Positions 1 to 9,300 are shown, numbered from the stretch's first letter. The stretch: DNA of 30,675 nucleotides from a virus (IMGVR_UViG_3300006737_000111:1-30675); one strand, 5' to 3'. The notes: generated by a model not told the origin, from the letters alone. A program made the numbers and translations.

Positions 1-1
1 A

Positions 2-184
2 TGTGGAAATAAAGCAGAAGTTGTTCCTGGTAAAATTATTGAATGTGAATGCGGTAAAGTATTTGGTGCATCAGGAAAAGTATCTGACCATATTAATATG
101 AGAAATACTTGGAGTGGACAAACACAAGTTGAATTTAGTCAAACAACAATGGATGCAGATATAGCAGCGAGGAATAAAAGATAA
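2..184 (+). CDS. Partial (5'-truncated) small Cys-rich, zinc-ribbon-like protein
   Basis: Manual translation of frame 2: CGNKAEVVPGKIIECECGKVFG...AARNKR*. The TAA at 182-184 overlaps the next ATG (TAATG coupling). Confidence 0.65.
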   Translation, partial: CGNKAEVVPGKIIECECGKVFGASGKVSDHINMRNTWSGQTQVEFSQTTMDADIAARNKR

Positions 185-885
185 TGGCTTGGACTTATGC
201 AGACCAAATACATTCTTTAACTGGTTTTGATGCTGATTCTACATCTGATTCTGAAACTGGGGAAGATTTTAATTTACTTGCAAATCAATGGTTGGTTGAT
301 GGAGCAAGAGAAGTTATTAATATACTTCCTCGTGAATTAAAAATAAAGTGTGTTAAGATGACGGCATTAACTTCTTCTACACCAATGGATTTAGATGCAG
401 CAGGTGAAATATTTCATGTAACTCGTGAAAATGCTGATAGCGGTTACCATATTGGATGCAGAGAAATTAACCCAATTTATGGAGGTTCAACAGAAGATTC
501 TACAAGTTTATATGCAGCAAGTGCTACTGACCCTGCATATTGGATTGAAAGTGATACAGGTGGAGACCCAAAATTATTTGTAAAACCTGACCCAACTGCT
601 AATCAGCCTGCAAGAGTACATTCTGTTAGCTATCCTCCTAATTCTACTTCTTGGGATGGAAGCAATTTACCAGGAGAAGCAACATCTATTTCAAATTTCC
701 CAGACGAAGCAGAGCATTTAGTTGTATTAAGAGCAGCAATAACAGCTGCACAATATTTACTTGCAACAGAAGAAGACCCAGAACTTTATATTCCAATGAT
801 ATCGTCATTAAAAGCACAATACCAAGAAGGTGTTCAAGGTCTTTTATCAGGAAATATTACTCCACCACAACAAGGAGCTAAATAA
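184..885 (+). CDS. Putative head-tail adaptor / tail tubular A-like virion protein
   Basis: 233 aa. N-terminal helix QWLVDGAREV, central AYWIE..LFVKP and C-terminal FPDEAEHLVVLRAA follow the phage adaptor pattern. Position in the structural arm fits. Confidence 0.6.
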   Translation: MAWTYADQIHSLTGFDADSTSDSETGEDFNLLANQWLVDGAREVINILPRELKIKCVKMTALTSSTPMDLDAAGEIFHVTRENADSGYHIGCREINPIYGGSTEDSTSLYAASATDPAYWIESDTGGDPKLFVKPDPTANQPARVHSVSYPPNSTSWDGSNLPGEATSISNFPDEAEHLVVLRAAITAAQYLLATEEDPELYIPMISSLKAQYQEGVQGLLSGNITPPQQGAK

Positions 886-1190
886 TGACAGCAAAAAATA
901 TAATTGAACAGATAGAAAAATTATTTGGAAGACAACAAGAGCAATATATGTTTCAATTAATTAATGATGCTCTTGATGATATTGCATCACATAAAAGAAA
1001 TTACACAGTATCATCTACAGCAAATTTAGAAGGAAATAAAAGATGGTATGAATTAGAAGATAATGTAATTGACATTAAACGAGTTGAAATTAAAGACACA
1101 AATGACAGGTATGTAATGATACCAAAACTTGCAGATTCGCATAAAATTTTAAGAGAAGATACAGAATCATCAGATGATTCATTAACATAA
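885..1190 (+). CDS. Adaptor-like protein, N-terminal half
   Basis: 101 aa; QLINDALDDI...WYEL..VIDIKRVEI resembles the N-half of phage adaptor proteins; TAATG coupling to the upstream gene. Confidence 0.55.
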   Translation: MTAKNIIEQIEKLFGRQQEQYMFQLINDALDDIASHKRNYTVSSTANLEGNKRWYELEDNVIDIKRVEIKDTNDRYVMIPKLADSHKILREDTESSDDSLT

Positions 1191-1199
1191 AGGCTTAAT

Positions 1200-1598
1200 A
1201 TGGCAACAAATAAAAGAACATATCCAAATGATTATTTTGCATGGTATAATGATGATAATAGAATTGCTATTATATGCGAAGATACAACAGCAACAACAGG
1301 CGAAAGAACTCAAGAAAAATATGATACATATCAAGGAAGCGATGTAACAAGCGGTTTAAGGATTACATATAATTCTAAATATGAAACAATTGACGCAGTA
1401 ACAGAAGATTTAAAAACAACAGCAGGTCTTGATTCAGGATTACATTCAGCTGTAGTATGTTATGTAAAAGCTAGAATGTTTGAAGATGCAGGAGACTTAC
1501 AAAGAGCTCAATATTTTAGAGCAATGTTTGATAAAATGATAAAACAATATCCATTAAGAAAGACAGGTGTAAGAGCTTTGTCTGTACCGAGGTTATAA
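1200..1598 (+). CDS. Adaptor-like protein, C-terminal half
   Basis: 132 aa; AWYNDDNRIAI..LRITY..LHSAVVCYVKARMFE resembles the adaptor C-half; same frame as 885..1190. Confidence 0.55.
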   Translation: MATNKRTYPNDYFAWYNDDNRIAIICEDTTATTGERTQEKYDTYQGSDVTSGLRITYNSKYETIDAVTEDLKTTAGLDSGLHSAVVCYVKARMFEDAGDLQRAQYFRAMFDKMIKQYPLRKTGVRALSVPRL

Positions 1599-1599
1599 T

Positions 1600-2187
1600 A
1601 TGGCATATAATTCAACATCATGGACAACTGACGCAAATACAAAAGCAGGTTCTATTGGAACAAATACAGTAGGTGGAGTAACATTATACAAAGAATTTGG
1701 TTTATTTGATTTTAGCCCTTCTGTAGGAACGCATAACCCTATGGTTAGTATGACTTCATTAGTATCTGCATCAGGAGCAACATATTCTAATTCTTTTGGA
1801 GGAAGTAGTGGTAGTCCTGTAACAACTGTAGATGCAAGTGATGATAATGAAAATCCTCCAAATATTATTGCGTCTATGTGGTATATTGAAGATAATATTT
1901 ATATAGATAGTGTAAGAGCTTTTGCAACTGCAGAAGGAAGTCAGTCTATAAAATTTCATATATTAGAATATGATTTAGATACAACAACAAATCTTGGAGA
2001 TTTATCTGAAGGTAATCAATGCGCAGATGGAACAATTTCAGCTACATTAGGAACAGTTAAAACAACATCGCTTACAGTAGGTTCTCCAAATATTAATGCA
2101 GGAAAATTAATTATAGCTTATGCTGAAGCTGAAACTGGTACATCTGATATTACTTGTAAATTATTAGTAAAATATCATTTATCATAA
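1600..2187 (+). CDS. Putative virion beta-sandwich protein, similar in pattern to the tail fibre tip domain
   Basis: 195 aa, S/T/G-rich; C-terminal strand pattern parallels the C-terminus of 12009..14120. Confidence 0.5.
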   Translation: MAYNSTSWTTDANTKAGSIGTNTVGGVTLYKEFGLFDFSPSVGTHNPMVSMTSLVSASGATYSNSFGGSSGSPVTTVDASDDNENPPNIIASMWYIEDNIYIDSVRAFATAEGSQSIKFHILEYDLDTTTNLGDLSEGNQCADGTISATLGTVKTTSLTVGSPNINAGKLIIAYAEAETGTSDITCKLLVKYHLS

Positions 2188-2201
2188 AATAAGGGGATAG
2201 A

Positions 2202-2333
2202 ATGGATTTTAAAAAAATGCTCGAAGATTATAAGAAACAACAAGAGCAAGTAAAAGAAATCTTCATAAAGATTCAAGGTAAAATTGAAATGTGTGAAGAG
2301 CTTCTTAAAGAAAAAAAAGACAATAAAAAATAG
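2202..2333 (+). CDS. Small coiled-coil protein (43 aa), possible fibre assembly chaperone
   Basis: Not in the ORF track. AAGGGGA RBS, then ATG 2202: MDFKKMLEDYKKQQEQVKEIFIKIQGKIEMCEELLKEKKDNKK*. Fills the intergenic gap. Confidence 0.7.
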   Translation: MDFKKMLEDYKKQQEQVKEIFIKIQGKIEMCEELLKEKKDNKK

Positions 2334-2354
2334 TTTTTTGAAATAGAGGTAAAT

Positions 2355-3137
2355 ATGCCGAATAAAGATAAAGGTGTAGTCAGAAGAGCAATAGTAACTC
2401 CTGATAAACACTTTCCACTTGCAGATATTCCTGCAATAAAATGTTTAAAGAAAACAATCGAAATAGTTAAACCTGATATATACATAGACCTTGGTGATGT
2501 TGGAGAATGGTCTGCATTTTCACATTGGAAATGGAAAAGGAAGAAAGCTCCACCATTAGAATTTTTAATTGAAGATTTTGACCAAGATGTAAAAGATGTA
2601 AACAAAGGTATGGACATGATTGATGAGTCTTTAGATAAAGTTAACTGTAAAGAAAGATATATTACAGAAGGCAATCATGATGACTGGTGTAATATGGCAG
2701 TAGAAAAATATCCTTACATTTCGCAATACAAATTTGCAAATGCTGTTAAACTTAAAGAACGAGGATATAAATACTATCAGTTTGGTAAAAAGTTAAAAAT
2801 AGGAAAGTTATACTTTTATCATGGTCATCAATACGGTGGGCAGTATCATACAGCAAATCATATAAGAAAACTTGGTTGCAACATAATGTATGGACATTGG
2901 CATGATTTACAACAAATGAGCGCAACTCATATGGATGGGCCTAAGTCGGCTTGGAGTATAGGATGTTTGAAAGATATGAGTAGTGAGAAAAATGCTTGGC
3001 TTGGTAACAGGCCAATCAACTGGGCTCATGGATTTGCGATTGTGGATTTTTACAAAGGTGGATTATTCACAGTCCATATAATACAAATAATAAAAGGGCG
3101 AACTTCATTATGGGGTGAGCTAATTGAAGGTAAATAA
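2355..3137 (+). CDS. Calcineurin-like metallophosphoesterase
   Basis: All five motifs in order: PDKH, LGD, EGNHD, HGH, GHWH; GAGG RBS. Confidence 0.9.
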   Translation: MPNKDKGVVRRAIVTPDKHFPLADIPAIKCLKKTIEIVKPDIYIDLGDVGEWSAFSHWKWKRKKAPPLEFLIEDFDQDVKDVNKGMDMIDESLDKVNCKERYITEGNHDDWCNMAVEKYPYISQYKFANAVKLKERGYKYYQFGKKLKIGKLYFYHGHQYGGQYHTANHIRKLGCNIMYGHWHDLQQMSATHMDGPKSAWSIGCLKDMSSEKNAWLGNRPINWAHGFAIVDFYKGGLFTVHIIQIIKGRTSLWGELIEGK

Positions 3138-3145
3138 GGAGAAAG

Positions 3146-3625
3146 ATGGCAAACTTAACAGTAACACATACAGAAAGTATTACATTAAATGGTCAGGATT
3201 TTGGCAATACAAATGTATTTTCAATTACAGGAATCAATAATATATATAAAAGAATAGTAACATGTCCAGCAAATGTAGATACCACTATATTGAGAACTGG
3301 AGTGACGGTAGATGTTACAGATTCTTCTATGGATGTTCAAAATGTTAAATACATAAGAGTAACTAATCTTGACGGAAGCAATTCAGTAAACCTTAACTTG
3401 CAAATAGATGTGACTGAAAGTGGCAGTGGAGCTAGTGCGGTAAATGAAACAGCAACAATATTGCTTGCAGCAGGAGAAAGTTTTGTTATGGGAACATCTC
3501 ACGATTCTGTAGCTGTATATGATACAGATGGCAGTGTTCAAACAACTTTACATGATTTAGAAAGTATATTGATTGACCCAAGTGCTAATGAAGTACAATT
3601 AGAAATAATAGCAGCATCTACATAA
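3146..3625 (+). CDS. Hypothetical beta-rich (probably virion) protein, paralogue of 5467..5970
   Basis: 159 aa; AGGAG RBS; shares VKYIRVTN / LAAGESF / VQLEIIA pattern with 5467..5970. Confidence 0.6.
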   Translation: MANLTVTHTESITLNGQDFGNTNVFSITGINNIYKRIVTCPANVDTTILRTGVTVDVTDSSMDVQNVKYIRVTNLDGSNSVNLNLQIDVTESGSGASAVNETATILLAAGESFVMGTSHDSVAVYDTDGSVQTTLHDLESILIDPSANEVQLEIIAAST

Positions 3626-3626
3626 A

Positions 3627-4307
3627 ATGAATATTGGTGATTATTTATTAAAATCTAATAAGATTACTCAAAAGCAACGTGAGAAAGCTGAACTTGAGCA
3701 CGAAGTAAGTGGTAATAAATTTGGTAAATGTTGTTTGGATTTAGGTTTTATAACAAGAACTGAATTAAATCAAGCAATAAAAGCTGTGCAAAAAAAACAA
3801 CAAGGAGAGGAGAGAATTGTGGCAACAGAAATAGGTGAGGGAAGTAAATTCACAATGGATTTAAAATTTGTGGCTACATTAGGTGCAATTGTTGTATCTG
3901 CTTGTGCTACTTATTTTACAATGGATTCTTCAATATCAGAACTTAAATCAAACAATAGTCCTAATAGATTGGAATACGATTATGTCGTAAAAGAAATAGA
4001 AGGCATTAAGTCTATGGGTGATTTAAAAATTATATCATATAAACTTGATGAGTATGATGAAATGTTTGAAGAAATAAAAGATTTAGTAAAACAATTACAA
4101 CCATTAGCAAGTGATTTAGACTATATTAAAGGCGAGCTTAATAAGCTTAAAAATAAAAAAATTGATATACCTGATGTTGATTTGACAGGATTAGAAAACT
4201 CAATTAATAATATTAACAGCAATGTTAGTGCGATGAAAAGTAGTTTAGAGTCTTTTGAAGATAGATTAGTACAAGTAGAAAAGAAAGCTAAAGGCGGGAG
4301 ATTTTAA
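3627..4307 (+). CDS. MshEN-like N-domain + single TM helix + coiled coil membrane protein
   Basis: aa 2-55 form two 24-residue MshEN-type repeats with a 5-aa linker; hydrophobic FVATLGAIVVSACATYF; heptad-rich C-terminus. Possible internal GTG start at 3819. Confidence 0.65.
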   Translation: MNIGDYLLKSNKITQKQREKAELEHEVSGNKFGKCCLDLGFITRTELNQAIKAVQKKQQGEERIVATEIGEGSKFTMDLKFVATLGAIVVSACATYFTMDSSISELKSNNSPNRLEYDYVVKEIEGIKSMGDLKIISYKLDEYDEMFEEIKDLVKQLQPLASDLDYIKGELNKLKNKKIDIPDVDLTGLENSINNINSNVSAMKSSLESFEDRLVQVEKKAKGGRF

Positions 4308-5368
4308 TGAATGAAAAAATTAAAACATTGTCTATCTTTTGTATTATCTTTTGCAATATGGTCATTAGTAATTTCTTTGATTACGCTACTATATATGGCG
4401 CTGCTAAAGTAAAAACTCCTTACTTAAATGGTAATGAAAATTTAAAAGATGATTATGAATATAATGTTGGTATACGAAAAATAGCATTATATGATTATCA
4501 AACAAGAGCTAAGTTCTACAAAGGAAATGAACAATCATACAGTGATAAAGCTATAATTGGTGCCGTAAATGGCGTAGAATACCTTTTTTCGGCTAGTTTT
4601 GTTCAACATAGGGGTTATGACTACCTAGACCAAGAACATTGGATTAAATGGTCAAATAACGCATTTGTCACAAAATTTAAATATTTACATAAAGAAAGTC
4701 GTGATTTACAATTTTTTGATTACGATGCAAGATTTAGATTAAACTTAAATAAAGTAAATATAACACTTGGCGGCTCAATCAAGGGTCATCCAGTATATGG
4801 TCATCCAGCAATACTTGATTATGAACATCCATGGTTTCAACTTGCTTGGGATTACGGATATGAAGATTTTGAAGTACCATTAAATGATTTAAATGAAAAT
4901 GGTATTATTGATGATTATTATCTTTTTATAGAAACAGACCCATATACAGAAGAAGGTTATTGGATTTATTATTATGAAGGAATTAACTACTACTGGGAAA
5001 CACCAGGAGGAGAATACATAGCAGGTAGCGATGAAGAATTTTTTGAATACCATTACCCACGTTTAGTTGAAAAATACAACGAAGAGAATGAAGAGAAAGA
5101 ATGGCAAGCAGAAAGTTCTATAGTGATAGGAATAGATGTTTTACTTGGGAATGACAATTATCATTCTCAGATATGGGTTAATGCATTTCCGTATTCTGTT
5201 GGTTTAACAGATAAAGCATATAATGGAGATGACATACAATATGACGTTGGGATGCTGGTTGGCACTAACTTAAACGAGCATATTGGGGTTTTTATTGAGG
5301 GTATTTATCAAAGCTACTATGGTAAACAAGAATACAATATAAGTACAGGAATTAATTGGAGATTTTAA
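4307..5368 (+). CDS. Putative outer-membrane beta-barrel protein
   Basis: Signal-peptide-like N-terminus (MNEKIKTLSIFCIIFCNMVIS), many alternating amphipathic strands, aromatic-rich, C-terminal beta-signal-like YNISTGINWRF ending in Phe. Confidence 0.65.
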   Translation: MNEKIKTLSIFCIIFCNMVISNFFDYATIYGAAKVKTPYLNGNENLKDDYEYNVGIRKIALYDYQTRAKFYKGNEQSYSDKAIIGAVNGVEYLFSASFVQHRGYDYLDQEHWIKWSNNAFVTKFKYLHKESRDLQFFDYDARFRLNLNKVNITLGGSIKGHPVYGHPAILDYEHPWFQLAWDYGYEDFEVPLNDLNENGIIDDYYLFIETDPYTEEGYWIYYYEGINYYWETPGGEYIAGSDEEFFEYHYPRLVEKYNEENEEKEWQAESSIVIGIDVLLGNDNYHSQIWVNAFPYSVGLTDKAYNGDDIQYDVGMLVGTNLNEHIGVFIEGIYQSYYGKQEYNISTGINWRF

Positions 5369-5455
5369 ATGTTAACATCCACTGTTTTTTGGATTGGGTT
5401 TTGGATAGTTTTTATCAGTGGAATAATATATTTAAAATGGGATGGAACTTTATAA
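5369..5455 (+). CDS. 28-aa single-TM peptide
   Basis: Not in the ORF track. ATG directly after the upstream TAA, GGAG upstream: MLTSTVFWIGFWIVFISGIIYLKWDGTL*. Confidence 0.6.
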   Translation: MLTSTVFWIGFWIVFISGIIYLKWDGTL

Positions 5456-5466
5456 AGGAGAAGTAA

Positions 5467-5970
5467 ATGGCTGACGCAGCAACAATGACAATAAAAGCAG
5501 TAATACTGCCTGAAGAAATACAAGCAACATTAAAGGATTTATCTTTCACATATACTCCTGCAGATGCAAATGACAAATGGTTTTATGGTATCGTTAATGT
5601 ACCTCACAATACAGGTGGAGTTGATTTGATTACTGGTAAATTTTTAGCTGCAAGCGCAGGTGTTGCAACAGGAACAGCTAATGCAGATATAACAACATCA
5701 GATAAAGTTAAGTTTTTATTTATAAAAAATACAGGAACAACTGACGGAAGCACTTCAACAGATGAAAGTGTTATGCTTGTACAAGACGGTTCAACTGTAG
5801 CCCATGGTTCTACAAATGCAATAGAAATAAGTTCAGGGCATTCATGGTTTGCTAAAATGCCTAATACAACAGTTGGGGATTTGCATGCAATATCTGCAGA
5901 CCCAGACCAAACAGCTGGTGGTGGAAATGTACAATGTATAGTCGCAGCAATATTAGATGATGTCGCATAA
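5467..5970 (+). CDS. Hypothetical beta-rich (probably virion) protein, paralogue of 3146..3625
   Basis: 167 aa; AAGGAG RBS; VKFLFIKN / ISSGHSWF / VQCIVAA pattern. Confidence 0.6.
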   Translation: MADAATMTIKAVILPEEIQATLKDLSFTYTPADANDKWFYGIVNVPHNTGGVDLITGKFLAASAGVATGTANADITTSDKVKFLFIKNTGTTDGSTSTDESVMLVQDGSTVAHGSTNAIEISSGHSWFAKMPNTTVGDLHAISADPDQTAGGGNVQCIVAAILDDVA

Positions 5971-5979
5971 GGAGAAATA

Positions 5980-6204
5980 ATGATACAAGGAATTATTATA
6001 AAAAAATTATTAGATTTAGTCATGAAACAGCTTATGAAACAGTTCAAGTTAGACAAAATACAGGAATACGTAGAACAGCCAAATGAGCTTGATAAGCAAG
6101 TAAAAGCTTTAAATAAAACTGTAAATAAATATGGCAAGTATATTGAAGAGTTAGAAAAAGATTTAGCAATACTTAAAAAAGTAACTAAAAAAGCACGATT
6201 TTAA
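5980..6204 (+). CDS. Small amphipathic/coiled-coil protein, possibly lysis-associated
   Basis: 74 aa; AAGGAG RBS; amphipathic N-terminus then heptads. Confidence 0.6.
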   Translation: MIQGIIIKKLLDLVMKQLMKQFKLDKIQEYVEQPNELDKQVKALNKTVNKYGKYIEELEKDLAILKKVTKKARF

Positions 6205-6223
6205 TTAAACAAGGAGAATAAAC

Positions 6224-6370
6224 ATGCAAATGTTATTAGCAAACTGGGAATGGGTTTTACTTTTATTATATGTTGTAGAAAAAGCAGTTAAACTTAGTCC
6301 ATCAAAAAAAGACGATGTAATTTTTGATATGGTAATTAAACCTATTGTTGATAAAGTAAAAGGAAAATAG
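6224..6370 (+). CDS. Putative holin-like membrane peptide (48 aa)
   Basis: Not in the ORF track. AAGGAG RBS; MQMLLANWEWVLLLLYVVEKAVKLSPSKKDDVIFDMVIKPIVDKVKGK*. Hydrophobic N-segment, PxxxDD turn, basic C-terminus. Confidence 0.55.
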   Translation: MQMLLANWEWVLLLLYVVEKAVKLSPSKKDDVIFDMVIKPIVDKVKGK

Positions 6371-9300
6371 TGCCAAAACAAGTATTACAAATTACTAATT
6401 TTGCAGGAGGGTTAAATGCATATTCTGATGCAAGAGATATAGAAGATAATCAATTTGTACAGAATTGGAATGCAGTTGTAGATAAAAATGGTATTATTAG
6501 AGTTTCTGGTATGGCTGAGACTACTTTAGGTTCGGAGTATTTTGGTAGTCAAAATTTTAAACCAGGATATGGTTTATTTCAATTTACTTCTGATTATGAA
6601 TTTTCTGGAATAGAATCTAACTTTAATTCAGGTATTGCAACAGGTACAATTGATACTGTTACCAGCACTACTGTTTTTATATTAGAAGATGCATTTATTA
6701 CTTCTTCGGCAAATGAAACATATGACGATATGATTGTTTATATTTATGCAGGAGCAGGTAGTGGGCAGTCAAGAAAAGTATCAAGTTATGTTGGAAGTTC
6801 AAGAACTTTAACAACCACTGCTGCTTTTAGTACAGCATTAAATGATAAAGATGATGCCAATCCTTCAAAATATATGATATATAGATGGACTCCTAGCACA
6901 AACTTTAAAGGAGATGGAACAAATTATAAAGATTGGATTGATGATGTATATTCAAACCAAGAAGAATATTGTATTGTTTCAAAAACTGGAACTATTACAT
7001 CTGCTCAATCAAAAGATTTAGGGTATATAGAATATGAACCAAATTTATCTTTATTTTCAGGAGTAGAGTATACAGTAGAATATACAGTAGACCTTAGTTC
7101 TCCATTAACATTAAATGTTGCAGATGGAAGTAAAACTGGAAGCTCTACAAACAATTACGGAGACTTATCTCCTTTTATTGAGTTATATTCTTCAACTATT
7201 GCAGACACTGGAGGTAGCATTAAAACCTTAAGTGACACTACACCATCAGTAACAGCATGGGAAGCAAGCAAAAAACATTATGGTGTTTTACCTGACGACA
7301 ACGGTACAAGTGCAAAAGGATATGGCGCAGTGTTTGATATTTATACAGATGCTAGTGGAAATCCTACTTTTTATTTTACAAAAGACAAAGGTTTTGATTT
7401 TGTTGCAGGCGAAACTTTAACATTTACAGACCCTGGAAGCACAAGTAATACAGCAGAAATAACAGTTGGAAGTATTAATGTTACAGGTCTTTCTCTTATT
7501 GCTTCTGAAAACATGTCATATAAATGGTTATCAGGTATAGGTAGAAATGGTACAACTTCAGGATACATATATAACCCAGGTTCAAATTATATAGACAACG
7601 GAGATTTTAGAGATAATTACAATACATTATCTACAACAGGAGTTGTATCAAATGAAAGCACTGTATCAGCAACAGATTCTTCTGTTACGCTTACTGTAGA
7701 TACAACAGCAGCAACAGAAACTTTATTATTACATCAATCTTTATATAAATCGGATGGTACTTTTATTGGAATTTGCGATTCAGTAAATAGTACAACTGAA
7801 ATAGTTTTTTCAAAAGGAGTTGATGTTGACATTGCAAATGATACTGTATTATATGTACAAGAATGGGATATTGTAAGAAATCCTGAAGCTGCTACATCTG
7901 ATTTTGCTAACCATGGATTGACAGTTGCTCAACTTAGCGGAAGTTCTAGTGTTGATAATACAGCATCAGGAGCAAAATTAACAACAAGTATTTTTGGTAG
8001 TAATGGTAACGCCTTAAGTCAAACGGTTCAATTGCATGAACATACATCTTATAGTTTAGATTTTTTATATCATTATACTTCTCTGGTTTCGTCTGTTAGT
8101 GGTCATGGTAACGCAATAGTACAAGTAATAAATCCAGAAACAGAAGAAGTTTTATTTTTTAAGAATTTAACTTCGATAACGACATCTCTTTCTGATGGAT
8201 TTGGAAATGAGAAACATCATCCTAATTATAGTGGTATTCATCCTGTGTCAAATCAAACAACAGATGGCCCAATATTTTTTACTACTCCCGCATCAAGGAC
8301 TACAAGCGATACAATGCCAATAAAAATTCAATTTGGAATAGAAACACCTCATCCAAATACTTTTAGATTTTTTCTACATGGTGTAACTTTATATAAAAAC
8401 TATTTTAATGCAGCAGGTATAGCTGTAAGAGATTTTTCAAATACATCTCAAAGCGTAGGGGTAGATTCAAATAATCCTTTTCATAATCATGATGAAAGTA
8501 CATATAAATTTAACTTTATTATTCCAAAAAATTATACTGATGTAACAAATTGGAAATTTAGAATACATGCAGGTAAATTTGGTTACGGAGGAGACCAAGG
8601 TGAAGATAATTCTACAGTAAAAATTAAAAATTTTAAAATTACATCAAATAGACAAGTTGATAAAGATGTTATTACTATGCTATTAGATAATAAACAAAAT
8701 AGCTCTGCTATACATTTACATAATTCTAAATCAAGTTCATGGACTTTAAATTATATTAACTGGGGAGATTCTGGAGCAGAGCCTAATTATGATTATATTA
8801 ATGGAATGTTAAAAATATCTGATGGTAATTTTAATACAGGAAATAAAAATAAATTAGTGTACTATTCTAATCGAACTCCATCAAATTCTAATTCTACAAT
8901 AGGGTGGACAAAAACTGAAGAATTTTTAGTATCGCCTCCTTCAACAGCAGTTTTTCAAATAAATGAAGACCCTGAATCTGCAGCAGTATTTGATTTATCG
9001 ACATACTTTAATGAACTATTTACAGGAAAAACTTACAGGCAAAACGAAACAACAAAACAAACAAATTGGCCAATGGGAGCATTTGGCGATATAACTTACG
9101 AAAATGAAAATTCAAATGGTATAATAAACCCAACAGGAATGGTTATTAGATGTTTTACTGATGGCTCACGAAACATGTCTAACGGAAGAAATGGTGGTTT
9201 ATATTCTGATACGCATTCTGCATGTGAAATTACTCAAAAGTATAAAAGATTGCCTGACCCTAATAGTCAATGGTATATAGATAATATTATTGAAGATAAT

